Part shown: one piece after another, positions 1 to 9,750 of the stretch
Layout: the number at the start of each line of letters is the position of its first letter
Numbering within the stretch: the stretch's first letter is position 1
From: an uncultured Rhodospirillaceae bacterium
GTDB lineage: Bacteria > Pseudomonadota > Alphaproteobacteria > UBA7985 > JAUIBT01
DNA length: 33,050 bases
Direction: 5' to 3'
Assembly (NCBI GenBank): GCA_964536635.1
Contig: CAZHYF010000003.1
Coordinates: forward strand, 1-33,050
The notes under the pieces: generated by a model
The model's database searches: none
Seen by the model: only the letters and a program-made list of their open reading frames with translations
What the model was told of the DNA's origin: nothing
Made by a program: the position numbers and the translations under genes

Positions 1-61
1 TGCTCTCTCGTGTTGCCACTCATTCGCGGCTTGCTCTAAGCCCCCGTGGTTCAAGGATTGA

Positions 62-1423
62 TTATGGGCGAATGCGGATCGCCGCGCCATCGTCGATGGC
101 CGCCCAGATCTCCTCGATTGCGGCGTTCTTGACAGCGATACAGCCCGCCGTCCAGTCGGCGGCCAGCGGATCGTTGTCGCCAAAGCCGTTGGGGCGGCCG
201 TGGATCATGATGGCCCCACCCGGATCGCGGCCAGAGAACTTGGCGATGCTAGCGTCCTCCTGGCTCGGATAGGAGATGTGCAGGGCGCGATAGAACTCGG
301 AATCCTTCTTGCGCCAATCGATCCGGTAGTCACCTTCGGGCGTTTTGCCATCGCCTTCAGCCAGCTTGTGCCCCACCGGGCTAAAGCCAAGGTCGATGCG
401 ATAGGACTTGACCAACTGTTGCCCATCGAACAAGTGCAGCAACCGCGCGCCCTTTTCGACCAGAATGCGGTCGGCGCGCTGAGCGGACGGCAACGGCTCA
501 TCCATATGATACAGGGCGACGCTGATGTCCAAGCGTGGAAAGGCATGGCTGGCGCGTTTGCTGCTGGGCGCTTCGAAACTGGGCAGTATGCCCACGTCTT
601 GGTTTAAGCTGGCGACCTGCAAGGCGGGATCAATCAGCGCAGCGCTGGGTCTTGGCTTGGTCGTCACGTCTGTCTTGCTCGCTGCTGTCTCAACTATGGG
701 GAGCTCGGCTTTGGGGGGCTCTGATGTGAGCCCCGCCGGTTTGCGCTGTGCGGTAGCGGTTGCGTCGGCCCCATGCTCAGCCGCGGCAAGCGCGCTCGTT
801 TGGGCGGCATCGCTGCTGACTTGCGGCGTTGCATTGGTATGCCCGAACAGAGAAAGACTGAGGCCCCGCCCCTCGGCCTGCAATCCGCCCAGATTGTCGT
901 GTGTTCCCTCATCAAAGCGCGCATCCAGCAAGGCCAGCGCGGCGCCAGACGGTGCCTGAGCGTCCGAATTACTGGTGCCGAGGCCTGGCAGGCTTAGCAA
1001 GGGTGCCCGGCTGTTCAGCCCCGGCAGGCTAGCAAAGTTCGGCGGCGGCGCCAACTTGGGCGCTTGGCTGAAGCGGTCATCCTCGTTGAAGTTGGCAAAC
1101 ACCAGCGCCTGGCCAGCCTCCTTGCTTGCAGAACCGGCAAACCCGTCGCCAGCGTGTTGAGCTGCGGGAAAGAGGCGCAAGACCGGTTGCTCGCCCTGGG
1201 ACAAAGACCTGCCCAGGCTCTTGGCGGGCGCGACGAACTCAATGCGCGGCTCGGCACCAGCCCGCCCCGGTTGCCCCGGTAACGGCATCACCGCAGGGCG
1301 CTGGTCAGCAGATGCGCTCCAGGTCTCGCTGCGACCAGCAGCCAGATTGGAGGCCAAGAACCCGCCTGCAACAACGGCGCTGAGGCAGACGAGGCCCCAG
1401 CCAATGGTGTGTAAAATGCGCAT
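62..1423 (-). CDS. L,D-transpeptidase family protein (YkuD-type catalytic domain) with N-terminal membrane anchor and long low-complexity linker
   Basis: 453-aa ORF. The C-terminal ~130 aa carries YkuD-like motifs (GAIMIHG ... DWTAGCIAV with the catalytic Cys). An N-terminal hydrophobic segment (WGLVCLSAVVAGGFLA) is followed by ~300 aa of Ala/Pro/Ser/Gly-rich sequence. Confidence 0.85.
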   Translation of the reverse strand: MRILHTIGWGLVCLSAVVAGGFLASNLAAGRSETWSASADQRPAVMPLPGQPGRAGAEPRIEFVAPAKSLGRSLSQGEQPVLRLFPAAQHAGDGFAGSASKEAGQALVFANFNEDDRFSQAPKLAPPPNFASLPGLNSRAPLLSLPGLGTSNSDAQAPSGAALALLDARFDEGTHDNLGGLQAEGRGLSLSLFGHTNATPQVSSDAAQTSALAAAEHGADATATAQRKPAGLTSEPPKAELPIVETAASKTDVTTKPRPSAALIDPALQVASLNQDVGILPSFEAPSSKRASHAFPRLDISVALYHMDEPLPSAQRADRILVEKGARLLHLFDGQQLVKSYRIDLGFSPVGHKLAEGDGKTPEGDYRIDWRKKDSEFYRALHISYPSQEDASIAKFSGRDPGGAIMIHGRPNGFGDNDPLAADWTAGCIAVKNAAIEEIWAAIDDGAAIRIRP

Positions 1424-1583
1424 AAATCAAAAGAAAATTTGCTAAAATCTCCTGTGATCTAGCGCGCAATTGGGACGAGATTGGGGAGCCAAATTGAAGC
1501 TGGCAAGGTCATCCAGGTGCTCACGCACACTGCTGCATGCAGCCTAGCCCCATGCTCATAGTCCCGCTCTTCGCTCCATGCTC

Positions 1584-3002
1584 CTAGGCCTGAGCACCGA
1601 GACCAGCGCCAAAGGCCCGGATTGCAACAACCTTATCGTGGAAGGCCTGCCAGTCGTCGCGCGTATCTATTCCGCTCCAGATGGCTTCGATCTCGTCATA
1701 GAGCAAGCTGACCGGCTCATCGCTCAGGGTTGGCCCGCAGCGCGGGTAAGCCTTCAGGGCTTGCAGCACGGATCCGAAGGCGTCCGGCAACCGGTCCGGT
1801 TGATCGCCATAACCAGCGGCGTGAAAGAAGGCCTCAAAGCCAAAATCGGTCTCGCGCAGCGCCTGGAAGGTCTGATGCATCACATCATCCAGGGCGACTT
1901 GCTCGGCCTTGCTTGGTTGGGGGGCGCCCGCGCGGCCGAGGTGGCGCAAAAAGTGCTGACGCAGCCCGGTTTGAAACGCAGGCCCAAAGCCTTGCAGCGC
2001 CCCCGCCAGGGCCTGGCTATCCTCCACCAACAGGCCCAAAGCTCCCGCCAAGCGCGACAGGTTCCAAACCACCGCGTCGGGCTGGCGGCCAAAAGCATAG
2101 AGCCCCTGGCGATCAAAATAGGCCGCCGTGAAGCCTGGCTGAAAGGTCGGCAAGAAGCGATAGGGCCCGTAGTCGAAACTCTCGCCGGTGATGTTCATAT
2201 TGTCGGTGTTCAACACGCCATGAACGAAACCCACCATCATCCAGCTTGCGGTTAGGTCGGCAGTGGCGCGTGTCACGGCAGACAAGAAGGCTTCTACGCG
2301 CTCAGCCAGCCCAACGCCCGCCAGGCTGGCATCGGTGGATCCAAACAGATGTGGATAATAGTGAAGCAAGCAGTGGTCCACCAAGGCTTCTAGCCGAGCA
2401 GGTGCGCGCTCGAAGGCGTGGCGCTGGAAGGTGCCAAAACGGATATGGCTGTGACCCAGGCGCGTCAGGACCGCGCCGCGTGCCGGGCTGGGCTCGTCGT
2501 GGCGCTGCAAGGCCTCGCCGGTTTCAATCAGGCAAAAGGCGCGCGATGTCGGCACGCCCAGCGCCGCGAGCATCTCGGCAGCCAGCACCTCGCGCACCCC
2601 GCCTTTCAGCGTCAGGCAACCGTCCGCGCCGCGCGCGTAGGGCGTCCTACCCGACCCTTTGGTGGCCAGGTCCAACAGGCGCCCAGTGCCCGCCTCATAG
2701 ACCTGGGCAAACAGAAAGCCGCGCCCGTCGCCGAGGTCGGGATTATAGACCTGAAATTGGTGGCCGTGATAGCGCATCGCGCGGGGCTGCTGCATGCCAT
2801 CGGGCAGCGGATGAAAGCGACAAAAATGGTGCATCCAGTCGCTTTCCTCCAACCTCAACATGCCCAGACTATCGCCAGCGGCTTGATTGGCCCAGCGAAA
2901 CTGCGCTGCGTCAAACTGCTTGGGCGCAACCGGATCGCTGAAGTCCGGCCCCAACGCTTCAAAAGCCCGCGCCGGGCGGTAGACATGAGAAAATTCGATC
3001 AT
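1584..3002 (-). CDS. selO: Protein adenylyltransferase SelO (YdiU family)
   Basis: Full-length family resemblance, with hallmark stretches GAVLTRLGHSHIRFGTFQ and GFVHGVLNTDNMNITGESFDYGPYRFL. The ORF track starts at TTG 3020. I prefer ATG 3002 (MIEFSHVY...), which has a G-rich stretch upstream. The start is uncertain by 6 codons. Confidence 0.9.
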   Translation of the reverse strand: MIEFSHVYRPARAFEALGPDFSDPVAPKQFDAAQFRWANQAAGDSLGMLRLEESDWMHHFCRFHPLPDGMQQPRAMRYHGHQFQVYNPDLGDGRGFLFAQVYEAGTGRLLDLATKGSGRTPYARGADGCLTLKGGVREVLAAEMLAALGVPTSRAFCLIETGEALQRHDEPSPARGAVLTRLGHSHIRFGTFQRHAFERAPARLEALVDHCLLHYYPHLFGSTDASLAGVGLAERVEAFLSAVTRATADLTASWMMVGFVHGVLNTDNMNITGESFDYGPYRFLPTFQPGFTAAYFDRQGLYAFGRQPDAVVWNLSRLAGALGLLVEDSQALAGALQGFGPAFQTGLRQHFLRHLGRAGAPQPSKAEQVALDDVMHQTFQALRETDFGFEAFFHAAGYGDQPDRLPDAFGSVLQALKAYPRCGPTLSDEPVSLLYDEIEAIWSGIDTRDDWQAFHDKVVAIRAFGAGLGAQA

Positions 3003-3052
3003 ATAGTGGCCCCCGCCCAACTTGGTTTCCCGCTTACGATTGATGCCTATCT

Positions 3053-3652
3053 ATGTACTATCAGCCCTTGACCCAAGACCACGGCTTGCGCCATTCGCCG
3101 CTCAAAGCCCTGGTGATTCCGCGCCCAATCGGCTGGATTTCCTCGCTCGACAGCCAAGGGAGGCTCAATCTGGCTCCCTATAGTTTCTTTAACATCGTCT
3201 GCGATGCCCCGGCCATGGTCATGTTCTCCTCATCGGGGGAAAAGGACAGCCTGCGCAACTGCCAAGAGACCGGCGAGTTCGTCGCCAACTTCGTCAGCGC
3301 ACGCCAGACCGGGGCGATGAATGCCTCCTCTGCGGCGGTCCCGTCCCAGGTCAACGAATTCGAGCTGGCGGGCCTGCAACCCGTCGCGAGCCATAGCGTT
3401 GCTGCCCCGCGCGTCAAGGACGCTCCAGCAGCCCTAGAGTGCAAGCTGCACGACATTATCGAGCTGCCCTCAACCGAGCCCGGACGGCGCAACGCCATGG
3501 TGCTGGGCCTGGTGACCGGGATCTTCATTGATGATGCCTACATTAAAGATGGCATGGTCGATCAGGAAGCCATGCAGGCCTTAGCGCGCTGCGGCTACCG
3601 CGACTACGCCACCGTCGAGCGCGTGTTCGAAATTGGCCGACCTGACGACTAG
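3053..3652 (+). CDS. Flavin reductase family protein (FMN-binding split-barrel)
   Basis: 199-aa ORF with an ATG start. The N-terminal motif PRPIGWISSLDSQGRLNLAPYSFFN is typical of the flavin-reductase-like domain. Confidence 0.85.
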   Translation: MYYQPLTQDHGLRHSPLKALVIPRPIGWISSLDSQGRLNLAPYSFFNIVCDAPAMVMFSSSGEKDSLRNCQETGEFVANFVSARQTGAMNASSAAVPSQVNEFELAGLQPVASHSVAAPRVKDAPAALECKLHDIIELPSTEPGRRNAMVLGLVTGIFIDDAYIKDGMVDQEAMQALARCGYRDYATVERVFEIGRPDD

Positions 3653-3830
3653 AGGTATTTCCCCCGACCGCAGTCGCTCTGCGCGCGCTATCGCGTTGAT
3701 TTGTCCGGAGAATCGCAGGGGTTCCCGGTACTCATCGCTTGGGCTTTTCGCTCGAAATCCTGGCGCCTGGAAGTCCCAGCCCTTTGAAATTCCAGCGACC
3801 GGGTGCGTTGCAGACTAATCGCCCGACGCC

Positions 3831-4523
3831 CTAGCCGGCCGCCGCGCGCTCTTCGTCAGCCTCGTTGGCAGGGGTGCTATTGCCTGGATTAAGGCGCGTG
3901 GTCTCAACGACCCGGATCGGGCGCAGTTCGTCGAAACCGTCGAACAGATCGACCTGCTGGTCTTCTGGCATCGACCAGTGGCGCAAACAGCGGGCCTCAT
4001 AGAGATCGTTGCCACCGATCTCCACCTTAGCCTGGCTACCGCCCTTCTTGTAGGTGCGGCTCGCTGGGCGTCCACAGACGGCACAAATGGCTTTTTGCTT
4101 GTGAATTTCTTCGGCCATGGCAGCCAGCATGGCGCTGGCGGTAAAGGGCTTGCCTTGCCAATCCATGTCGAGGCCCGATGCCACCACATCGATGCCCGCG
4201 TCCAACAAGTCTTGAACGATCGAAACGATATCGCCGCGAAAGTTAGGCGGCGTGAAGAACTGCACTTCGTCGAAAAAGACCGCTCTGACCTTGGCATCGC
4301 GCAGGTGCTGATTGGTGTTGCCCCAGTGGTAGATGGCCTCGGCCTCTGCCGACAAGCCCTCGTGGCTCACCACCTTCATCTTGGCATAGCGCTGGTCATA
4401 AGCTGGTTTGAAGGCGGCCACCTTCTTGCCCTGCCCGTTCGAAGCCCAAAGCAAGCGCTTCAGCAGCTCGGTGGTCTTGCCCGAGAACATGGGGCCGCAA
4501 AGCAGCGTAAGTTTTCCGTGCAT
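3831..4523 (-). CDS. tdk: Thymidine kinase
   Basis: P-loop GPMFSGKTTEL, FFDEVQFF, and paired cysteines CAVCG ... ARCLRHW (TK1-type zinc lasso). 230 aa, with an acidic C-terminal tail somewhat longer than in E. coli Tdk. Confidence 0.9.
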   Translation of the reverse strand: MHGKLTLLCGPMFSGKTTELLKRLLWASNGQGKKVAAFKPAYDQRYAKMKVVSHEGLSAEAEAIYHWGNTNQHLRDAKVRAVFFDEVQFFTPPNFRGDIVSIVQDLLDAGIDVVASGLDMDWQGKPFTASAMLAAMAEEIHKQKAICAVCGRPASRTYKKGGSQAKVEIGGNDLYEARCLRHWSMPEDQQVDLFDGFDELRPIRVVETTRLNPGNSTPANEADEERAAAG

Positions 4524-4696
4524 GCCGTGTCCTTTTGGCTGGCGGTTCGTTGGTCCCCAAGGCGTCCTTGCATTGGCAGCCCTCTTCGGGGCTTTGCCAG
4601 CGCGGCCTTTCGATTTGTCCCACCCACTTTCAATTGGGCAGCGACTGTCCTACCTAGGTTAGCAAGTCAGGTCACGAATCAAAAAAGGACAGCCGC

Positions 4697-5485
4697 ATGT
4701 TGGCCCTTCTATCCCCGGCAAAATCGCTCGACTTCGAGAGGTCTTGCGATCTGTCGCTCATGAGCCAAGCGCGACTTCTGGATCAAAGCGCCATGCTCGC
4801 GCGCAAGCTGAAAACTTTATCGCGCAAGTCGATCGCCAGCATGATGACTTTGTCGGACGCCTTGACAGAGCTGAATTATCAACGATTCCAGGATCTTGAT
4901 CTGAGCCCCGAAGCCGATGGGCAGAAACCCGCCATTCTCGCCTTTGCTGGGGATGTCTACGTTGGCCTGGATGCGGGCAGTCTTGATGCACCGCAGTTAC
5001 TCGCTGCTCAGGACAAGTTGCGCATTCTATCAGGCCTCTATGGCCTCTTGCGCCCTTTGGATGGAATTCAACCCTATCGACTAGAAATGGGGCGCAGCTT
5101 AACAACCTCAAGAGGAAAGACTCTATACGCCTTTTGGGGATCGCGCATCACCCAGCTTCTGGAGCACGACTTGGCTGCAAGCGGCAGCGCCTTTGTCATC
5201 AACCTCGCCAGCCAAGAGTACTTCAAAGCGGTCAAGCCGAAGGAGCTGAGCGTTCCGGTCATCACGCCAGACTTTAAGGAATGGCGCGACGGGCGCCTGA
5301 CCAGCATTTCTTTTTCGGCCAAGCGCGCGCGAGGACTGATGGCGCGTTTCATGCTGACCAACGATGTGCGCAGCCCCGAGGATTTGAAACACTTCCAGGT
5401 AGAAGGTTACCGCTTCGATCCCGAGGCCTCGCGCGGCAACACCTGGATTTTTGCCCGCGAAGATCAGCGCGCTATCGCTGCATAG
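4697..5485 (+). CDS. yaaA: Peroxide stress protein YaaA (UPF0246/DUF328)
   Basis: The N-terminus MLALLSPAKSLDF is the hallmark of the YaaA family, and 262 aa is the typical length. Confidence 0.9.
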   Translation: MLALLSPAKSLDFERSCDLSLMSQARLLDQSAMLARKLKTLSRKSIASMMTLSDALTELNYQRFQDLDLSPEADGQKPAILAFAGDVYVGLDAGSLDAPQLLAAQDKLRILSGLYGLLRPLDGIQPYRLEMGRSLTTSRGKTLYAFWGSRITQLLEHDLAASGSAFVINLASQEYFKAVKPKELSVPVITPDFKEWRDGRLTSISFSAKRARGLMARFMLTNDVRSPEDLKHFQVEGYRFDPEASRGNTWIFAREDQRAIAA

Positions 5486-5610
5486 AGCCGCTTCCTGCGC
5501 GCGCGTATTCCACCGAGCAGCATGTTTCAAATTTGCGCTAACGTGTTGGTTTTAGGGCAAAGTTGCCCGCGTACTTGTTTCCCAGCGCACGGGCTTTTCT
5601 CTCAGGCCCA

Positions 5611-5642
5611 GAACGAGAAAAAGGGCTAGCGCCAACTAGCCC
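5611..5642 (-). terminator. Candidate rho-independent terminator (minus strand)
   Basis: On the minus strand this reads GGGCUAG-UUGGCG-CUAGCCC followed by UUUUUCUCGUU: a 7-bp perfect GC-rich stem, 6-nt loop and U-tract. It lies 281 nt downstream of the OMP stop codon. Confidence 0.55.
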
Positions 5643-5923
5643 TTCTGCTCAACGCCGATTGCCACAAGGGCAGCCGACAAACTGTTCGCGAAATCCGGTG
5701 CACGCGCAGCGCACAGGGGCCAGCCCGGCTCGGGCGCGCCGCATCCTATTCGCAATTTCGGTAACTTAGATGGGGTTTTCGAACGCAAGCGTCAAGCCAC
5801 AGGCCAGCGCAAGGGCGCCCTGGTGTGTGCCGGCGCTGAACCGCTGTCACTCACCATGCACGCGCCGTCTGCCTTGGCGCTATACACCCTGGCAACGACA
5901 CCCCGCGTAGGGGCGCTGGCCTC

Positions 5924-6619
5924 TTAGGGCATCAGCTTGAAGCGTACGCCTCCGCCAACGTAGTAGCTGTTGATGCGATCCGATTCAAAAACGTTGGCGT
6001 TGTTGAAGTGGATCATGGTGTTGCCAGTCGCAACGAACTCGATCTGAGGGTTGATGTCGAAGGAAACTTTGACCTCGGGACCAGCCATGAACGAGTTGAT
6101 TTCATCGGAGGCAATCAAAACGGTCGTTGCCGTTGCACTCTGCGCGGTGTCAAGCTGTGTCGCCGCAAAAGAGTCATAGGCAAAGCGCGAGCCACCCAGC
6201 TTGGCATTGGCCCCCAGCTCAAAGCGCGAGCCAATTTCGAAACCCAGACCGACCCCGGCATAGTAGGTGATCAGCGAGCCGTCCACAGCGGTCAACGAAC
6301 GCAGGTAGTCGCCATCGGTCGCCGTCACGTCATAGTCGAATTTGGTATCGCCAAACGAGACCCCAACGAAGCCAAGCCCTTTGACGATCGGGTTGATGTC
6401 GGTGACCATACCGAGCTCGCCAAAGCCGGCAACGCCAGTGCTGAAGTCAATTTTTTCCTTGAACGCGCCAAACTGCGTATTCGACGTCGAAGTGCTGAGG
6501 TCGGTTATGAACTGCGCGCCAACACCGGCATCAACATAGGGGCTAGGCGTTGAAAGCTGCGCGCTGGCCGCGGTCGCGGAGGACACCAGCAAGGCTGCCA
6601 GCAAAAATGTGCGGGCCAT
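5924..6619 (-). CDS. Outer-membrane beta-barrel protein (small porin / OmpW-OmpA-like barrel family)
   Basis: Signal peptide MARTFLLAALLVSSATAASA|Q. The sequence has an alternating amphipathic pattern rich in G/Y/F/T/S/N. AAGGA RBS lies 8 nt upstream of the ATG. GC content looks lower than in neighbouring genes. Confidence 0.8.
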   Translation of the reverse strand: MARTFLLAALLVSSATAASAQLSTPSPYVDAGVGAQFITDLSTSTSNTQFGAFKEKIDFSTGVAGFGELGMVTDINPIVKGLGFVGVSFGDTKFDYDVTATDGDYLRSLTAVDGSLITYYAGVGLGFEIGSRFELGANAKLGGSRFAYDSFAATQLDTAQSATATTVLIASDEINSFMAGPEVKVSFDINPQIEFVATGNTMIHFNNANVFESDRINSYYVGGGVRFKLMP

Positions 6620-6738
6620 GGGTCAATCCTTAAAAAAATTGGGTGGCACAGGCTGTGCCGAATTGCATGATCTTCCCTTACTAAACCTAAAGATGTAACG
6701 CAACTTAAAAATGAGCTTTTTGTCTTAACGTGCTCTTA

Positions 6739-6770
6739 ATTATACATTTGTCTCCTGCCTAAGCTCTAAA
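6739..6770 (-). promoter_or_regulatory. Candidate sigma70-type promoter of the OMP gene
   Basis: Perfect TATAAT on the minus strand at 6744..6739, inside the only AT-rich island of the window. The -35 is poor (TTAGAG/TAGAGC at 18-19 nt). It predicts a ~110-nt 5'UTR containing a GGCACA-N3-UGUGCC hairpin (6645..6659) just upstream of the RBS. Confidence 0.35.
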
Positions 6771-6918
6771 TCGAGCTAGTTCCCGCGAGCGATGGCCCGC
6801 ATTGCGCCGGTGCTCGTGCTTGGAGTCTTGGCCACAGGCCCATGCCGCCAAGTCATCCGCGACCCTGCAGGACGCAACCTGGCTTGTCCGCACGGGGCCA
6901 GCGGGCTAAGGCTAGCTG

Positions 6919-7758
6919 ATGGATGCGATTCCCCACACCTTCGATCTCTGGCTTCTCGCCCTTCTTGCTCCGCTCGAGGCGCTACAGGCCAGCGGACAGA
7001 CCAGCCTTGGTACCGGTGCCAGCCTTGCCCTTGTCGTGGGGCTGGTCTTCACCGCTGCCTTGGTGCGCGGCCTGGCGGGCTTTGGCTTTCCTTTGGTCCT
7101 GGTCTCGATCATGGCCCTGCTCTACCCGCCCGCTTTCGTCGTGCCCTTGGTGGTCATTTTGCAGGCCAGCTTTGGCGTCCTTGACCTGGCACGCATCCGC
7201 AGCAAGGCCGACTGGCCGCTCCTTGGCCGGGTGGTTGTCGGCAGCCTGCTCGGCGCACCTCTGGGTGTGTTGGTGCTGATGTTCGTTCCCGAGGTCTATT
7301 TGCGCATGATCTTGGGTTTAGCGATCATGGTTGCAGCCTACGCGCTGCTGCGCGGGTTCTCGCTCAAAGCCAAGGCCGGGCCGCGCGCTCAGTTCGCGAC
7401 AGGCATCGTTTGCGGCTTCGCTCACAGCTCGGCAGCCATGTCTGGGCCGCCTGCGGTCTTCATGCTGCTGGCCAGTCAAACCGACCCCGAGCGTGCCCGC
7501 GCGACCTTGTTCGCTCTCTACGCCTTGGTGGCCTGGGTGGCCATTATCGCGATGCGGCTTGCTGGAGCGATCGATGCACAAAACTTGGTGCTGGGTCTCA
7601 GTTTGCTGCCGGTGATGTATCTGGGCTTCGAGGTCGGCAAGGCCCTCTACAAAAGCCTGGAGCCCAAGTTCTTCCGTCCGGTTGCGACCCTTGTGTTGAT
7701 GGCAACTGGGCTTGTTCTGCTTCTCAAGAGCCTCTGGGCTGCCCTTGCCCAGCTTTAG
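6919..7758 (+). CDS. TauE/SafE (TSUP) family sulfite-exporter-like membrane protein
   Basis: 279 aa, hydrophobic throughout (~8 TM segments), with the TSUP-like motif ALVRGLAGFGFPLV near TM1. Confidence 0.8.
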   Translation: MDAIPHTFDLWLLALLAPLEALQASGQTSLGTGASLALVVGLVFTAALVRGLAGFGFPLVLVSIMALLYPPAFVVPLVVILQASFGVLDLARIRSKADWPLLGRVVVGSLLGAPLGVLVLMFVPEVYLRMILGLAIMVAAYALLRGFSLKAKAGPRAQFATGIVCGFAHSSAAMSGPPAVFMLLASQTDPERARATLFALYALVAWVAIIAMRLAGAIDAQNLVLGLSLLPVMYLGFEVGKALYKSLEPKFFRPVATLVLMATGLVLLLKSLWAALAQL

Positions 7759-7773
7759 GCCTAAGGGATTTCG

Positions 7774-8958
7774 ATGACTGCTTCCGCCACTTCCTCCGTT
7801 CCAGCGCGCGCGCTGGCTTTCCATCTTCAAACCCTGGTGCTGGCGCTGATCGTCTGCGTTGTCGGCGCACAGACCCTGCTGCTCAGTCCCTTGCTGCTCA
7901 ACCTGGCGGCAACCTTCGATGTCAACGAGGCCGAGGCCGCACGCGGGATCGCTGCCTATGCCGGAGCAACCGCCCTGTCAGCATTCTTTCTCGCGCGCTT
8001 CATCGACGTGATCGGCGCGGGCCGGATTATTCGCATCGGCTTGTTGGTTTTGCTGGCCGGCTTGGCCCTTGCCGGTTTGGCACCGCGTTTCTATTGGCTG
8101 CTGATCGGCCAAGCGATCGCGGGTGTAGCCGCAGGCCTGCTCCTTCCAGCGGCCTATAATCTAGCCTCGGTGGTTGCCCCACCGGGCAAGCGTTCGGCTG
8201 TGATGGGGCGCGTCCTGCTGGGTTGGTCGGTTGCCATGGTAGCAGGCGTGCCGGTTGCCGCCTTCATTGCCGATCTCGCCTCTTGGCGCATGGCCTTTGC
8301 GCTCATGCTGGCCCTGGCTGCTTTGGCGTTGATCGCCAGCCTCTTGCTGCTGCCAACCAGCCTTGGCCCGCAAGGCAAATCCCCTGCCCCGATTAGCCTT
8401 GACCTGCTCAGAATCCCGCGCATCGCGCGCGTGCTCGGCATCGGCTTTGTCTTCATGCTAGCATTCTATACCTGCTACGCCTTTTTGGGCACCTACGTGC
8501 GCCAGTCCATGGGCTTGAACGCCAGCCAGGCGGCCTATTTCGTCTTGGCTTATGGCATCTTCTTTGGCGTTGCCAGCCTGGTCTCCCCGGTTATTGATCG
8601 TTGGGGCGAGGATCGCGTCTTCACCCCGCTGCTGCTCATTATTGCGGGGCTCTATTTTGTTATGACGCTCGGGCCGTTTGATTTTTGGACGACTTTTTTC
8701 CTGATTGGTACTTGGGGGTTTTTCAACCACTTTGTGCTGAACATGCTGGTGAGCCTGCTTGCTAAGGCCAACCCGGAACGCATGGGCGAGACGCTGGGCC
8801 TTAACTCCAGCTTGACCTACGTCGCCAGCCTGATCGGCTCAGGTGTTTTGGGGCGGCTCTATCTGACATCAGGCTACCGCAGTCTGGCGGCCTTGGGCGT
8901 TGTCTGGCTGCTGCTCGCCGCGCTCTTGTGGGCGACCCGCCGCAATAAGAATTCCTGA
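7774..8958 (+). CDS. MFS transporter
   Basis: 394 aa with ~12 hydrophobic segments. AAGGGA RBS upstream of the ATG. It starts 16 nt after the TauE-family stop. Confidence 0.85.
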   Translation: MTASATSSVPARALAFHLQTLVLALIVCVVGAQTLLLSPLLLNLAATFDVNEAEAARGIAAYAGATALSAFFLARFIDVIGAGRIIRIGLLVLLAGLALAGLAPRFYWLLIGQAIAGVAAGLLLPAAYNLASVVAPPGKRSAVMGRVLLGWSVAMVAGVPVAAFIADLASWRMAFALMLALAALALIASLLLLPTSLGPQGKSPAPISLDLLRIPRIARVLGIGFVFMLAFYTCYAFLGTYVRQSMGLNASQAAYFVLAYGIFFGVASLVSPVIDRWGEDRVFTPLLLIIAGLYFVMTLGPFDFWTTFFLIGTWGFFNHFVLNMLVSLLAKANPERMGETLGLNSSLTYVASLIGSGVLGRLYLTSGYRSLAALGVVWLLLAALLWATRRNKNS

Positions 8959-8980
8959 ACCAACTCGCAAACCAAGGCAC

Positions 8981-9010
8981 AAAAAAACGGCCCCGAAATG
9001 CTTCGGAGCC
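8981..9010 (-). terminator. Rho-independent terminator of rpsD (possibly bidirectional, also behind the MFS gene)
   Basis: The minus strand reads GGCUCCGAA-GCAU-UUCGGGGCC followed by GUUUUUUU. That is a 9-bp stem with one mismatch, 28 nt downstream of the rpsD stop. Confidence 0.75.
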
Positions 9011-9038
9011 GCTCTTTGATTGGGTCCAGCCGGTGCGA

Positions 9039-9656
9039 TTAGCGGCTGTAGAATTCGATGACCAGGTTGGGTTCCATCTGTACCGGGTAAGGCACGTCTT
9101 CCAACTTGGGGCCACGCAGGAAGGTGGCGGTCAGTTTCTTGGGATCCAGTTCGATGTAGTCAGGAACATCGCGCTCAGCCGAGACCAGAGCTTCCAGAAC
9201 CATTGCCATTTCGCGGCTCTTCTGGCGGACTTCGATCACGTCACCATCTTTAACCATGTATGACGGAATGTTCACGCGGCGGCCGTTGACCAACACATGG
9301 CCGTGGCTGACGAACTGGCGCGCAGCAAACACGGTCGGCACCAGCTTGGCGCGGTACACGGCCGCGTCCAAGCGACGCTCAAGAATCTCGATCAGGTTCT
9401 GCGAGGTGTCACCCTTACGGCGCACAGCTTCTTGGAAGTAGCGCACGAACTGCTTTTCGCTGATGTTGCCGTAGTAGCCCTTCAGCTTCTGCTTGGCCAT
9501 CAGCTGGATGCCGAAATCAGTCGGCTTCTTACGGCGGTTCTGACCGTGTTGGCCAGGGCCGTAGCTGCGGCGGTTGAAAGGTGACTTGGGGCGGCCCCAC
9601 AGGTTGACGCCCAGGCGGCGGTCGATTTTATACTTCGACGCAATACGCTTTGACAT
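9039..9656 (-). CDS. rpsD: 30S ribosomal protein S4
   Basis: [39 protein letters not shown]...; 205 aa, unmistakable S4. Confidence 0.97.
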   Translation of the reverse strand: MSKRIASKYKIDRRLGVNLWGRPKSPFNRRSYGPGQHGQNRRKKPTDFGIQLMAKQKLKGYYGNISEKQFVRYFQEAVRRKGDTSQNLIEILERRLDAAVYRAKLVPTVFAARQFVSHGHVLVNGRRVNIPSYMVKDGDVIEVRQKSREMAMVLEALVSAERDVPDYIELDPKKLTATFLRGPKLEDVPYPVQMEPNLVIEFYSR

Positions 9657-9750
9657 GAGTTACTCTCGTCTTGCTTGTTGTCCCGGCTGGACATCCGCGC
9701 CACGGCGGAGCCAAGACGCCAAAGCGCCTTACGACCGGAAATGGAGCGCT

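Noticed and set aside
5563-5769. 68-aa plus-strand ORF in the yaaA-OMP intergenic region
   Set aside because: It has a TTG start without an RBS and an Arg/Pro/Ala/Ser-rich translation, and it spans two hairpin or terminator-like elements. It is not credible as coding sequence.
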